64,000 bases of DNA from Eledone cirrhosa (Eukaryota). This document shows, one piece after another, positions 48,330-62,749 of the stretch. Position numbers and translations under genes: made by a program. Under the pieces are notes generated by a model, which was given only the letters and a program-made list of their open reading frames with translations, did not search any database and was not told where the DNA came from. Position 1 is the stretch's first letter, and every line of letters begins with the position of its first letter. The stretch is taken from positions 27,094,001 through 27,158,000 of the forward strand of contig OZ024740.1 in assembly GCA_964016885.1 (NCBI GenBank), given 5' to 3'.

Positions 48330-51300
48330 ACCCAAATATGACCACAATACAACCACAATATAGCCACCATATAACCACCATTTAACCACCGTGTACTAAC
48401 TTTATAACCACAATATAACCCCAATATAACCATCTTATAACCACAATATAACCCAATATAACCAACATATTAGCACAATATAACCAGTATATAATCACAA
48501 TATAACTCCAATATAAACCCAATATAACCCCAATATAGCCCCAACATAACACCATATGACAACAATATAACCGCAATATAGCCCCGCTATAACCACAATA
48601 TAACCCAATATAACCACCATATAACCACAATATAACCACAATATAACCACCATATAACCACAATATAACCACCATATAATCACCATATAACCACAATATA
48701 ACCACAATATAATCACAATATATCCAACATATAATCACAATATAACCAGCATATAACCACATAAACCCAATATAACCCCAATATAACCACAATATAACCA
48801 CAATATAACCACAATGTAACCACCATATAACCCCAATATAACCACCATATAACCACAATATAACCACAATGTAACCACCATATAACCTCAATATAACCAC
48901 AATATAACCACAATATAAGCCCAATATAACCACCATATAACCACAATGTAACCACCATGTAACCCCAATATAACCACCATATAACCCCAATATAACCCCG
49001 ATATTACCACAATATAAGTCCAATATTACGACAATATAACCCCAATATAACCACCATATAACCACCATATAACCCCAATATAGCCACCATATAACCACCA
49101 TATAACCCCAATATAACCACAATATAACTACTATGTAAACAGGATATAACCACAATATAACCACAATATAACCACAATATAACCCCAATATAACTACAAT
49201 ATAACCCCAATATAACCCCAATATAACTACAATATAACCATCATATAACCCCAATATAACCACCATATAACCACCATATAACCACCATATAACCACGATA
49301 TAACCACAATATGACCCCAATATAACCACTTTATAAACACCATATAACCACGATATAAGCTCAATATAACCACCATGTAACCACAATGTAACCACAACAT
49401 AACCACAATATAACCCCGCTAGAACCACAATATAACCACAACATAACCACCATATAACCCTAATATAACCACCAAACAAACCACAATGTAACTACCATAT
49501 AACCACAATATAACCACAATATAACCCCAATATAACCACAATATAACTACAATAAAACCACAATATAACTACAATATAACCACGATATAACCCAAATATA
49601 ACCACCATATAACCATCATATAACCACAATATAAGCCCAATATAACGACCATATAACCACAATATAACCCCAATATAACCACAATATAGCCACAGTATAA
49701 CCACAATATAACCACAATATAACCACAACATAATCACAATATAACCACAATATAACCCCAAATAACCACGATATAACAACAATATGATCACAATATAACT
49801 CAATATAACCCCAATATAATAACAATATAACCACCATATAACCACAATATAACCGCAATATAACCCCAATATAACCACCACATAACCACAATATAACACC
49901 AATATAACCACAGTGTAACCACCATATAACCCCAATATAATCACCATATAACCATCATATAACCCCAATATAACCCCAATATAACAACAATATAACACCA
50001 ATATAACCACAATGTAACTACCATATAACCCCAATATAACCACCATATAACCCCAATATAACCACCATAAAACCACAATATAACCACAATGTAATCACAA
50101 TATAACCCCATATAACCACCATAAAACCACAATATAACCACCATATAACCCCCAAAAAAATCACAATATTACTACACTATAACCACGATATAACCACTAT
50201 ATAACCACAATATAACTACAATATAATCACAATATAACCCCAATATAACCCCAATATAACCACCATATAACCACAATATAACCGCAATATAACCCCAATA
50301 TAACCACCACATAACCACAATATAACACCAATATAACCACAATGTAACCACCATATAACCCCAATATAACCACCATATAACCACCATATAACCCCAATAT
50401 AACCCCAATATAACAACAATATAACACCAATATAACCACAATGTAAATACCATATAACCCCAATATAACCACCATATAACCCCAATATAACCACCATAAA
50501 ACCACAATATAACCACAATGTAATCACAATATAACCCCATATAACCACCATAAAACCACAATATAACCACCATATAACCCCCCCAAAAAATCACAATATT
50601 ACTACACTATAACCACGATATAACCACTATATAACCACAATATAACTACAATATAATCACAATATAACCCCAATATAACCCCAATATAACCACCATATAA
50701 CCACAATATAACCGCAATATAACCCCAATATAACCACCACATAACCACAATATAACACCAATATAACCACAATGTAACCACCATATAACCCCAATATAAC
50801 CACCATATAACCACCATATAACCCCAATATAACCCCAATATAACAACAATATAACACCAATATAACCACAATGTAACTACCATATAACCCCAATATAACC
50901 ACCATATAACCCCAATATAACCACCATAAAACCACAATATAACCACAATGTAATCACAATATAACCCCATATAACCACCATAAAACCACAATATAACCAC
51001 CATATAACCCCCCCAAAAAATCACAATATTACTACACTATAACCACGATATAACCACTATATAACCACAATATAACTACAATATAATCACAATATAACCC
51101 CAATATAAACCCAATATAACTCCAATATAACCACAATGTAACCACCATATAACACCAATATAACCACAATATAACCACAATATAACCACCATATAACCAC
51201 CATATAACCACAATGTAACCCCAATATAACCAACATATAACCGCCGTATAACCACAATATAACCACAATATAACGACTATATAACCCCAATATAACCAAC

Positions 51301-52027
51301 ATATAACCACCATATAACCACGTTATAACCCCAATATAACCACCATATAACCCCAATATAACCCCAATATAACCCCAATATAACTACAATATAAACACAA
51401 TATAACCCCATTATAACCCAATATAACCACCGCATAACCCCAATATAACCCCAATATAACCTCAATATAACCGCAACATAACCACCATAGAACCACCATA
51501 TAACCACAATATAACACTAATATAACCACAATATAAACACCATATAACCACAATATAACCACCATATAGCCACAATATAACGACAATATAACACCAATAT
51601 AACCCCAAGATAACCCCAAGATAACCCCAATATAACTACAATATTAATACGATATAAACCCAATATAACCCCAATATAATCTCAATATAACACCAATATA
51701 ACCCCAATATAACCTCAATATAACAACAATATAACCACCATATAACCACCATATAACCACCATATAACCACCATATAAACACCGTATAACCACCGTATAA
51801 CCACACTATAACCACAATATAACCACCATATAACCACCACATAACAACAATATAACCACCATATAACCACCATATAACCACAATATAACCACCATATAAC
51901 CACCATATAACCACAATAAAACCACAATATAACCACAATATAACCCCAATATAACCACCATATAACTACACTATAACCTCAATATAACACCATATAACCC
52001 CAATATAACCACAATATAACCACCATA
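48330..52027 (+). repeat. 11-bp satellite (AATATAACCAC / AATATAACCCC / CATATAACCAC) with 430-bp higher-order duplications
   Basis: Seen directly. The landmark TCACAATATTACTACACTAT recurs at 50161, 50591 and 51021. Confidence 0.95.
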
Positions 52028-52489
52028 TTTTTGGCCTTGTGCCAAAAGTAGAAACAATTATTTTCAAACAGTATTTGCAGTTCTTCTGCAAACTTCCTAC
52101 TTTCCTTTGTGGCTTGTAGTAGTAGTAGTAGTAGTAGTAGTAGCATTAGTAGTAGTAGTAGTAGTAGTAGTAGTAGCAGCAGTAGTAGTAGTAGTGATGG
52201 TGATGGTGGGGATATTTATGTATCTTATGTCTGCATACCACATAATAACATCAGTCGGAATATGACAAGGAGGAAACGAGGGATGTAACACCACTAGGTA
52301 TGTGGTGGGGAGGGAAGCAGGGATGTAACACCACTAGGTATGTGGCAGGGAGGGAAGGAGAGATGTTTACAATTTTTTTATTAATTTTTCAATTATTTTT
52401 CCTAAATAATTTTTCTTTTACCTTTGTTTATTAAATAATCGTATTTGTTTTTTTATTATATTTTTTGTTGTTTCTTCCTAATTTCTTTC

Positions 52490-52600
52490 TGATCTGTGTT
52501 CAAATCCCACCAAGGTTAACTTTACCTTTCATCCTTACGGGGTCGATAAAATAAAGTACCAGTAATTGCTGGCCTTGTGCCAACTGTAGAAACAATTATA
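52490..52600 (+). mobile_element. SINE S1, 5'-truncated
   Basis: GTTCAAATCCCACC...CCTTTCATCCTTACGGGGTCGATAAAATAAAG...GGCCTTGTGCC. Confidence 0.8.
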
Positions 52601-52659
52601 TTTTCCTTAGAAATGTCTTTTAGCTAGGTTTGTGAATTGTTTTTTAAGTAACATTATCT

Positions 52660-52851
52660 GCGTGTTGGATTGGCAGTATCGGTAGAGGGTCGGACGCCAT
52701 GCTTTAGCGCATAGAGTTACGGCCCTTGCCATTCTGATTTCAAATCCCGCCGATATTAACTTTGCCTTTCATCCTTTCGGGGTCCATAAAATAAAGTAAC
52801 AGTAATGCACTGGGTTAATTGCTGGCCTTGTGCTTAACGTAGAAACAATTA
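52660..52851 (+). mobile_element. SINE S1, near full length
   Basis: TGGCAGTATCGG A box, TTCAAATCCCGCC B box, conserved body and tail. Confidence 0.85.
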
Positions 52852-52859
52852 TATACGTG

Positions 52860-53635
52860 AGTATGCGCGTGTGTGCGTGTGTGTGTGTTTCTGTGTTTGT
52901 GTTTCTGTGTTTGTATGTGTGTTTCTGTGTTTGAGTGCGTTTCTGTGTTTGTGTGTGTGTTTCTGTGTTTCTGTGTGTGTGTTTTTGTGTGTGCGTGTTT
53001 GTGTGTGTGTGTTTGTGTGAGTGAATTTGTATGCGTGTTTGTGTATGTGTGTTTTTGTGTTTGTGTGTGTTTGTATGTGTTTCTGTGTGTTTGTGTGTGT
53101 TTGTGTGTGTGCGTGTGTGCGTGTGTGAGTGTGTATGTGTGTTTGCGTATGTGTGTGTTTTTCTGTTTGTGTGTTTGTGTGTGTGCGTGTTTGCGTGTGT
53201 GTGTGTTTCTGTGTGTGTCTGTGTGTGTGTGAGTTTGTATGGGTATTTGTGTATGTGTGTTTGTTTGTTTGTTTGTGTGCGTGTGTGTGTGTGCATGTGT
53301 GTGTGCATGTGTGTGTGTGTGCGTGTTTGTGTGTTCGTGTGTATGCGCGTGTGTGTGCGTGTTTGTGTGTGTTTCTGTGTGTGTATGTATTTGTGTGTGT
53401 GTGTGTGTGTTTTCGTGTGTGTGTGTGTGTCTGAGAGTTTGTATGTGTGTTTATGTATGTATGCGTTTGTGTGTTTGTGTGTTTGTGTGTGAGTTTGTAT
53501 GTGTGTTTGTGTATGTGTGTGAGTTTGAATCTGTGTGTGTGTTTGTGTGTTTGTGTGTGTGTGAGTTTGTATGTGTGTTTGTGAATGTGTGTGTTTGTGT
53601 CTTTGCGTCTGTCTAAGACTCTATGTGTGTGTAAA
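52860..53635 (+). repeat. Degenerate (GT)n low-complexity tract
   Basis: Seen directly. Confidence 0.95.
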
Positions 53636-53722
53636 TCCATTTTCGAGTTTATATGTTTGTACGTACGTATGCAAGCACGGATGTGCGTATGTATGTATTT
53701 ATGTATATAAGTATGTATGTAT

Positions 53723-54347
53723 GTCCCAGTTTGTCACCAGTTGGTCCCCAGTTGGTCACCAGTTGGTGCTACTGGTAACATGTATCCCTTTACAATCTGT
53801 CTCATGGTCGGGTCGTTGGCGACTAAACTGGCAACCCCACCAAGGTTGAGGAAGGTGACTTTGGACATCCTGCAGGACTAAAAACAAAACCTGTCAAAGG
53901 GCAAAGGAGCTCTTAAGAGTCAATGGCCATCCAAAATCACCGGGAGAGATGACCCCTTAGCCTTTGTCAAGGCAGAATTCGAGAAGGAAAACTCTGATAT
54001 AACACCTGCAACTCTGATGGTATCCAATGATGTTGACTAGTTCTTCTTTTTAGTAAATATCATCTTGGTTAAGAGAGTGGGACTGGCTTTGTGCAGTGCC
54101 TTTGCTCACTATAAAAGCTTCACGGCACAGGCATTGTTTTATATCTGGAGATCTCTCTGCACTTGTCGTCACATGGTAGCATGGGCCCAGCACTATGTGT
54201 CAATAATTGTCACAAGTGTAGTGTTTGTACCAGAGTTTTAAGTCGCTGGCTGGACTCAAAAGTCACACTCGTTCAGCGCATCGGTAGGGGTTCTCCTACA
54301 TGAATATAAAGTAGTGGCCATACTCGAAAACGAGTTGGCAGCCACCA
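53723..54347 (+). mobile_element. ~600-bp RTE-derived non-autonomous retroelement with (ATGT)n tail
   Basis: Near-identical to 38021-38628(-). Short CCAGTTGGTC reiterations at the 5' end. (ATGT)n on both sides. Confidence 0.8.
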
Positions 54348-54467
54348 TGTATGTATGTATGTATCTATGTATGTATGTATGTATGTATGTATGTATGTAT
54401 GTGTGTATGTGTGTATGTATGTATGTATGTATGTATGTATGTATGTATGTATGTATGTATGTATGTA

Positions 54468-55292
54468 TGGACTATTATATGCGCTGAAGAAAAACTAGGT
54501 CTCTGGCTCTACTGTAACACTGGCTCAGAGCAGGAGAGTTAAGGCGAAAAAAATATCAGATGCTGAATTTGCTGACGACATTGTTCTGGTAACAAACACA
54601 GTGAAGGAGGCAGATTTGGAGACTGTGTCGATGAGTGTGGCTCTGAGAATGAATGAGATTAAGACAAAATATCTGGTACAGAATATCAAGAAGCCAAAGA
54701 TGATTATGAAAATAGGCAGGAAGCCGCTAGAGTTGGTTGAGGACTTCCTGTATCTGGGACCAAAGATTGGGAACACATAGGATGATGAGGTTGAGAGGAA
54801 AAGCAAAGCCTGGGCGGCGTGCCACAGTTTGAGATCGGTGTGGAAGTCGGACCTTCGTAAAGACCTGAAGATCCGTCTCTTCGTTGCTACAGTGGAGTCT
54901 GTGCTGCTGTACGGGTCTGAGACTTGGACACTGACCAAGAAACTCACTCAGATGGTGGATGAATGCTACACGTGGATGCTGAGGATGGCTCTGAACATTA
55001 ATCAGTATACACTGAGGATGAAGAACTCAGAGCTGTAAGGGAGCCTCCCAAATGTCAGCTTAAATGTAACACAGAGGAGATTGAGGTTAGCTGGACATGC
55101 TCACTGACAGCCAGAGTTAACACTGCACTTAGTGCTTCTGTGGGAGACCCTACATGGATGGACAGGAAAACAGAGACCAAGGATGATATTGATGCACTGG
55201 TCTCTGTGAGACGCAGAACATGGCGGAGACGATGAAAGACAGAGACTGCTGGATAGAACTCGTCGATGGATCTCGGGAATGTTACCCTCCCT
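54468..55292 (+). mobile_element. RTE-like LINE 3' fragment (same family as 2515-4519, not inverted)
   Basis: FADDIVL...LELVEDFLYLGPKIG...VLLYGSETWTLT in one continuous orientation. Confidence 0.88.
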
Positions 55293-55872
55293 AGATGTAT
55301 GTATGAATGTATGTATGTATATGTGTGTGTGTATTTGTTTGTTAATGTACATGTTTGGAAGAGTGTCAGAACAAGTATACGAGGTACACGAATGGTTTGC
55401 GTAAGAAATATAATACGTTGAAAAACTGCATTTGTCTGAGATAGTCTAACCAATTCGTAGATAAATCCTCCCTAAGAGCTTTTTTGAAAATCTAAAAACT
55501 AGCAACCACGAAGGATAACTCCTTCAACCAACCCCATAAAAAAGTCAGTTCATGGAAATGTGTTAACAATAGATTTATTGCAGATTGAAGTGGATCTCGT
55601 TGCGGGTATGTTTCAGTCTCATTTGATATCGGCTAAGCCAATTGTACTAGATGGCAAAACTAAAAGTGTACAATATATAGCGAAATAACAGGAAGTTTGT
55701 GGAACTAATCAATTCCGATATGTCAAGATATGTATCTGAGAACTATGATCAATATGTGGGCTACGGTTTGTGAGTGCGTAAACCTTCTTCAATACATATG
55801 TGTATATGTATGATTGTGTGGTACCACTATCTTTACATCAGACTGTTTAATTTATTACAATGTGTGTCTCGG

Positions 55873-55926
<54 letters not shown>

Positions 55927-55947
55927 CACGTATATATATTCTCTTCA

Positions 55948-56054
55948 TAGATAGTGAGTCTTGTGACTTAGGAGTTTGGGCTGTTTATGAAAGGGTCATC
56001 TGATGACCCTGTTATAAACAGGCGAAACTCCAGACTAACAAGACTCAATATCTA
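55948..56054. repeat. Imperfect palindrome with a hammerhead-like core (Penelope-like remnant)
   Basis: 55948-56000 is the imperfect reverse complement of 56002-56054. The + strand has CTGATGA-CCCTGTTATAAACAGGC-GAAAC. Confidence 0.6.
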
Positions 56055-56120
56055 GCTATAATAAAATGAATATTCAAACTCTACTTCCGGTAGTGAGTAC
56101 TCTTTTCTCTCAGCAGCCAG

Positions 56121-56233
<113 letters not shown>

Positions 56234-56246
56234 GATACATATATAT

Positions 56247-56288
<42 letters not shown>

Positions 56289-56289
56289 T

Positions 56290-56608
56290 CTTTTACTCTT
56301 TTACCTGTTCCAGCTATCCGGCTGAGGCCATTCTGGCGCACCACCCTAGCTGCTACACGTTCCATCTTCAGCCTGTGTTGGCTGGCCATTGGTGCAAGAG
56401 GGAGTTCGTTGCTGCTGCTCTTAGGTTTCCTTCGCGCCGCCATGTGGGCCCATCCCATATCCTGGATAGTAGGTAGTCGAGATGTTCCTTGAAAACATAT
56501 ATGTCCACATCTTGCAGATCTCTCAAATTCCTCGGCAGCTTGTTGAAGAGTTGTGGGCCTTTGAACCCCAGCTTATTGCGATATCTGCTCCTTATTCTAG
56601 ATGGGAAT
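56290..56608 (-). mobile_element. CR1-like LINE 3' end
   Basis: GFKGPQLFNKLPRNLRDL..VFKEHLDYLLSRI.D.PT...AATNSLLHQ, then a short GTAAAAGA repeat tail. Confidence 0.65.
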
Positions 56609-57261
56609 ACATACATATATGCTGAGGTTCAAGAAAAAATAATTGTAAATACAGTCGGTTGTTATATGTAGCTGATAGGATCGGGTAAAGGCACTTATAG
56701 ACGAGGAAAACATTTGCCAGAGGCAGCTCCCTAATTTAGTAGGTCCGATTTTGTCAGGTCCCTTAGCTCAATGGTTAGAGCACCAAGCCTGTATCTGGGA
56801 GACATGAGGTTTCCTTATATATGTATATTAACATGTATGTCTGTGAGTCTATTTGTATATAATTTGCATGCATGTGGGAATGTATGGAAGCATGTGATAA
56901 TGTATGTTTGTTTGTATTTATGTATGTATGTAAAAATGTTTGTATATATGTATATGTATATGTATATGTATGTATATATATATGTATCTATGTATGTATG
57001 TGTATCTCATGGTCGGGTCGTCGGCGACTAAACCGGGAACCCCGCCAAGGGGACACCATGCGGGGGGAAATAGAAGACCCGGCAGCAGTCAATGAACGAC
57101 CATCCAAATAGTACATTTTTTATATAAATATATATATATTTATATATATATTTATACATACCTACATATATTCATACATACATTTATACATACATATATA
57201 TATATATATATGTATGTATGTATATATGTGTATATATATACATATGTGTGTCTATATACAT

Positions 57262-57346
<85 letters not shown>

Positions 57347-57356
57347 TGTATGTATA

Positions 57357-57915
<559 letters not shown>

Positions 57916-58269
57916 GTATGTATGTATGTTCGTATTAGTATATGTTAGTGTAGTGTCTTTATCACATCAGACGGTGACTTTGGCTTTTATCGGAAGGAAA
58001 AAACCTAAAAAAAACATTGATTAACATCAACAAGAATGCAGCTGCGAATGTTAGAGAAGAAGTTGAATTATTTAGAATTAATGATGACGATGATGGAGGG
58101 CCATCCTGCCAGACGAGCCGGCAGCCAGTCGAACAGATCAATATCGGAAGAAATCAATAAAGAAAATCGATAAGTGCAAGAAAGAGTAAAGACGTTCTCA
58201 CGGCATTTGTATTTGTTAAACGAGGTTAACTGAGGAGAGGATATGTAGACAATCAACTGTAAATACTGA

Positions 58270-59154
58270 CACGTATGTAGATATGTGTATAGATGTGTGT
58301 ATAGGTGTCTGTATATAGATGTGCGTGTATATAGATGTGTGTGTATGTAGATAAGTGTGTATATATAGGTGTATAGGTGTGTGTATGTAGATGTGTGTGT
58401 ATATATGTGTGTATAGGTGTGTGTATGTAGATGTGTGTATATAGATGTGTATGTATATAGGTGTGTGTATGTATAGGTGTGTGTATATAGGTGTGTAGTG
58501 TAGATGTGTGTGTATATAGATGTGTGTGTGTATAGTTGTGTGTATATATAGATGTGTGTGTATATAGATGTGTGTATATAGATGTGTGTGTATATAGATG
58601 TGTGTGTATATAGATATGTGTATATAGATGTGTGTATATGGATGTGTGTGTATATAGTTGTGTGTATATATAGATGTGTGTGTATATAGATGTGTGTATA
58701 TAGACATGTGTGTATATAGATGTGTATGTATATAGATGTGTGTGTGTGTGTATATATGTGTGTGTGTATATAAATATGTGTGTATATAGATGTTTGTGTA
58801 TATAGATATATGTGTGTATATAGGTGTATATAGATATGTGTGTATATAGATATGTGTGTGTATATATGTGTGTGTGTATATATATGTGTCTGTACATAGA
58901 TATGTGTGTATATAGATGTGTGTGTATATAGTCATCTGATGTATGTATGTATGTACACATGTATGTATATGTACATATGTATGTATATGTATGCACGTAT
59001 GTATATATATGTATGGACCTATGTATGTATTATATGTACGTATGTATGTATGTATGTATATGTATGTATTCATGTATGTATAGATATGTATAAGCATGTG
59101 ATAACTGTGTATGTATATATATATATATTCACACATATATATATATATATTTAT

Positions 59155-59206
<52 letters not shown>

Positions 59207-59431
59207 GTATATATACGTACATATATATATATATATACATACATACATATATATATACATACATACATACATTCATACCGACACAGAAGCAGGGAGAGAT
59301 AAAGGGAGATCGAAGATAAAAATATTGAGGTGAGACTTCAGTAAACACCTCACTATGTCTTCCTTACATCTCTTGATCGTATTGCACATAGTGTGCGTAC
59401 ACACACACACACATGAATATATATATATTTG

Positions 59432-59482
<51 letters not shown>

Positions 59483-59500
59483 GTATGTATACGCACATGT
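58270..59500 (+). repeat. Degenerate (TATAGATGTGTG)n / (TA,TG)n low-complexity tract
   Basis: Seen directly. Confidence 0.9.
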
Positions 59501-59546
59501 ACACATGCTTCTTGAATAACATTATCGTGTGTGTCACATATTTCAA

Positions 59547-59699
59547 TGAAGAAGAAGAAGAAGAAGAAGAAGAAGAAGAAGAAGAAGAAGAAGAAGAAGA
59601 AGAAGAAGAAGAAGAAGAAGAAGAAGAAGAAGAAGAAGAAGAAGAAGAAGAAGAAGAAGAAGAAGAAGAAGAAGAAGAAGAAGAAGAAGAAGAAGAAGA
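59547..59699 (+). repeat. Perfect (GAA)n microsatellite, ~50 units
   Basis: Seen directly. Confidence 0.98.
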
Positions 59700-59899
59700 T
59701 ACCTAGACATTCTAATCGTTAATTTGTGCACAAAGAGACTGAGTTTCCCCTCCCAGCCATGTACGCTAAACTTTTGTGTCAGTCCGAAGCTGTGTGACCA
59801 GGCTGGACATCTATCGTTGTCTTAACAACTCCACGTATGTGTTAATGTTCTCTCTCTTTCACTCACTACTTCTGTTTCTCCCACTCTCCCCATCTCTCA

Positions 59900-61030
59900 C
59901 GATGAAATGATTGTGTACAGTGCTCAGGTGCATTACAACTCGTCAAAGTTGCATGTATAGTACATAGAATAATATACAAATGTCAGGGAAGTGAATGGTG
60001 TATGAGTCATGATATACATGTGTACGTGTGTATAGAGGGGGAGTATTAGGTGTAGTGCTGGCGAATCTCAGGATGCATGGAGGTTTTATAGGATGCAGTG
60101 TCTCGACAGCTAACAACTGATGCAGGTAGTTTGTTCCATGGAGGTTTTAAAGGATGCAGTGTCTCGACAGCTAACAACTGATGGAGGGAGTTTGTTCCAT
60201 GGAGGTTTTATAGGATGCAGTGTCTCGACAGCTAACAACTGATGCAGGTAGTTTGTTCCATGGAGGTTTTAAAGGATGCAGTGTCTCGACAGCTAACAAC
60301 TGATGCAGGTAGTTTGTTCCATGGAGGTTTTAAAGGATGCAGTGTCTCGTCAGCTAACAACTGATGCAGGTAGTTTGTTCCATGGAGGTTTTAAAGGATG
60401 CAGTGTCTCGACAGCTAACAACTGATGCAGGTAGTTTGTTCCATGGAGGTTTTAAAGGATGCAGTGTCTCGACAGCTAACAACTGATGCAGGTAGTTTGT
60501 TCCATGGAGGTTTTAAAGGATGCAGTGTCTCGTCAGCTAACAACTGATGCAGGTAGTTTGTTCCATGGAGGTTTTAAAGGATGCAGTGTCTCGACAGCTA
60601 ACAACTGATGGAGGGAGTTTGTTCCATGGAGGTTTTAAAGGATGCAGTGTCTCGACAGCTAACAACTGATGCAGGTAGTTTGTTCCATGGAGGTTTTAAA
60701 GGATGCAGTGTCTCGTCAGCTAACAACTGATGCAGGTAGTTTGTTCCATGGAGGTTTTAAAGGATGCAGTGTCTCGACAGCTAACAACTGATGCAGGTAG
60801 TTTGCTCCATGGAGGTTTTAAAGGATGCAGTGTCTCGACAGCTAACAACTGATGCAGGTAGTTTGTTCCATGGAGGTTTTAAAGGATGCAGTGTCTCGAC
60901 AGCTAACAACTGATGCAGGGAGTTTGTTCCATGCTTCAGCAACTCTGAACGTGAAAAAATGTTTCCGAAAGTCATGGGAGCTGTGCTTTTTGACTTTGTT
61001 AGCATGCCCACGTGTGTTAGACACATGGAA
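59900..61030 (-). mobile_element. CR1-like LINE 3' end carrying an internal tandem amplification
   Basis: NTRGH..K.....[19 protein letters not shown] (ORF 60842-61024) is a typical CR1 C-terminus. Confidence 0.85.
60076..60933 (+). repeat. 61-bp minisatellite, 14 copies
   Basis: Unit CATGGAGGTTTTAAAGGATGCAGTGTCTCGACAGCTAACAACTGATGCAGGTAGTTTGTTC. CATG at 60076 and 60930 are 14 x 61 apart. Confidence 0.95.
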
Positions 61031-61429
61031 ATCAAAAAGGTACTCAGGGTTGTTGTTGGCAAGATGGTTAATAAGTTTGTGGGTGTTTACCGGAACCCAC
61101 CAACTGGCTGCCCCATGCCACCCGCGGACAAAATAGGCCTTTTAGTTACAACTAAAATCCATCTGATTTATTTCTAATCAGTTTTCTTTCATCCTATTTA
61201 ATATATAAGTCTTGGGTTGGGTGGAGCCGAGGTTATTTTAAAGACACGTGCAAAGGATTGTACAAATCTGAGATAAACAGGATTGTGTAGCGAATCCCTC
61301 ATATAATAAGACATTTCTGCATACTTCTTAATATCTCTGCCATGCATGGACCCAAAAATATCATATAAAACTATAGTGACGGCCACTCTCACGTAGCACA
61401 CTAAACATATACGCATATATATTTACAGA

Positions 61430-61955
61430 TATAAGCATACATAGAAACACTCGTATAAACACACACTTAAAAATATACATATTCTCACACATAAACAGAT
61501 ACATCTTACAGCGATACACACACACGCACACATACACAAACGCGCACTCACACACAAATACACACATATACACACAGATATACACACCTATGCACACAAT
61601 TGCACACACACAAATACAGACATATACTCACACACACAAATACACACATATACACACATATATACACACCTATGCACACAGATACACAAACACAAATACA
61701 CACATATACACACACACATACACACATATACACACAGACATATACACCTATGCACACAGATACACACACACAAATACACACAATTACACACAAATACACA
61801 CATATACACACAGATATACACATATATGCACACAGACATACACACCTATGCACACAGATACACACACAAATACACACATATACACACACACAAATACACA
61901 CATATACACACACACATATACATACATATACACACAGATATACACACATATGCAC
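61430..61955 (+). repeat. Degenerate (CA/TA)n low-complexity tract
   Basis: Seen directly. Confidence 0.9.
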
Positions 61956-62318
61956 AGAGCAGATCTGCAATGATGAGATTGCTATGTGGTAGAGACGAAG
62001 TGAGGAAGTTTGGTGCAGTAACAGTCTTCAGAAGCAGCTGGCATCCGACATGGTCAATATTATACCAATCTACTAAGAAAAATATAAAAACCTAAGAAAT
62101 TCTACTGTGGAATCTTCGGAAACACCACTCAAAGAAATTGTCTTTGATTTACAAATGGAGTATGTATGTGGCAGCGTGTATGGAAATAATGAGTATATAT
62201 AGGTGTGTTTCGGCATGTGTGTGAGTTTATTAGTTGTAAATCTGTGTATATGTGTGTGAACATCTATATAAGTCTGTTTGTACATGTATAGTTTTATGTT
62301 CGCACATGTATGTGTATA

Positions 62319-62375
<57 letters not shown>

Positions 62376-62541
62376 ATGTGTGCGTGTATATATATATATA
62401 TATATATATGCGGCTGTGTGCGTGTATATATATATATATATACACATATGTGTTTGAAAAATAAAAACAGAGATTAGGTGTAGGAGAGTTCAAATATATA
62501 TATATATACTCACTTACAATCATATATATATATGTGTGTGT

Positions 62542-62586
<45 letters not shown>

Positions 62587-62749
62587 CACGTCTATGTGTG
62601 TGAACGTATATATGTACGTGTATGTCTATATATATACATTACTATGTGTATCTATATACAATATTTTATGTAAGATTGAATGTTATACACAGTGACAGAG
62701 AAACCCCTCGCCCAGCATACGTTTTCTGACATTCTATATTTTCTTACCG

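Noticed and set aside
48382-51938. Many long hydrophobic ORFs (YGGYIVVILWL...)
   Set aside because: These are translations of the 11-bp satellite.
56757-56815. tRNA-like sequence (TAGCTCAATGGTTAGAGCA)
   Set aside because: Only the D-arm/A box is recognisable. The T-arm and acceptor stem do not form, so at most it is a decayed SINE head or pseudogene.
60076-60933. CRISPR-like regular array
   Set aside because: Units are contiguous with no unique spacers, derive from CR1-like sequence, and there are no cas genes in this eukaryotic context.
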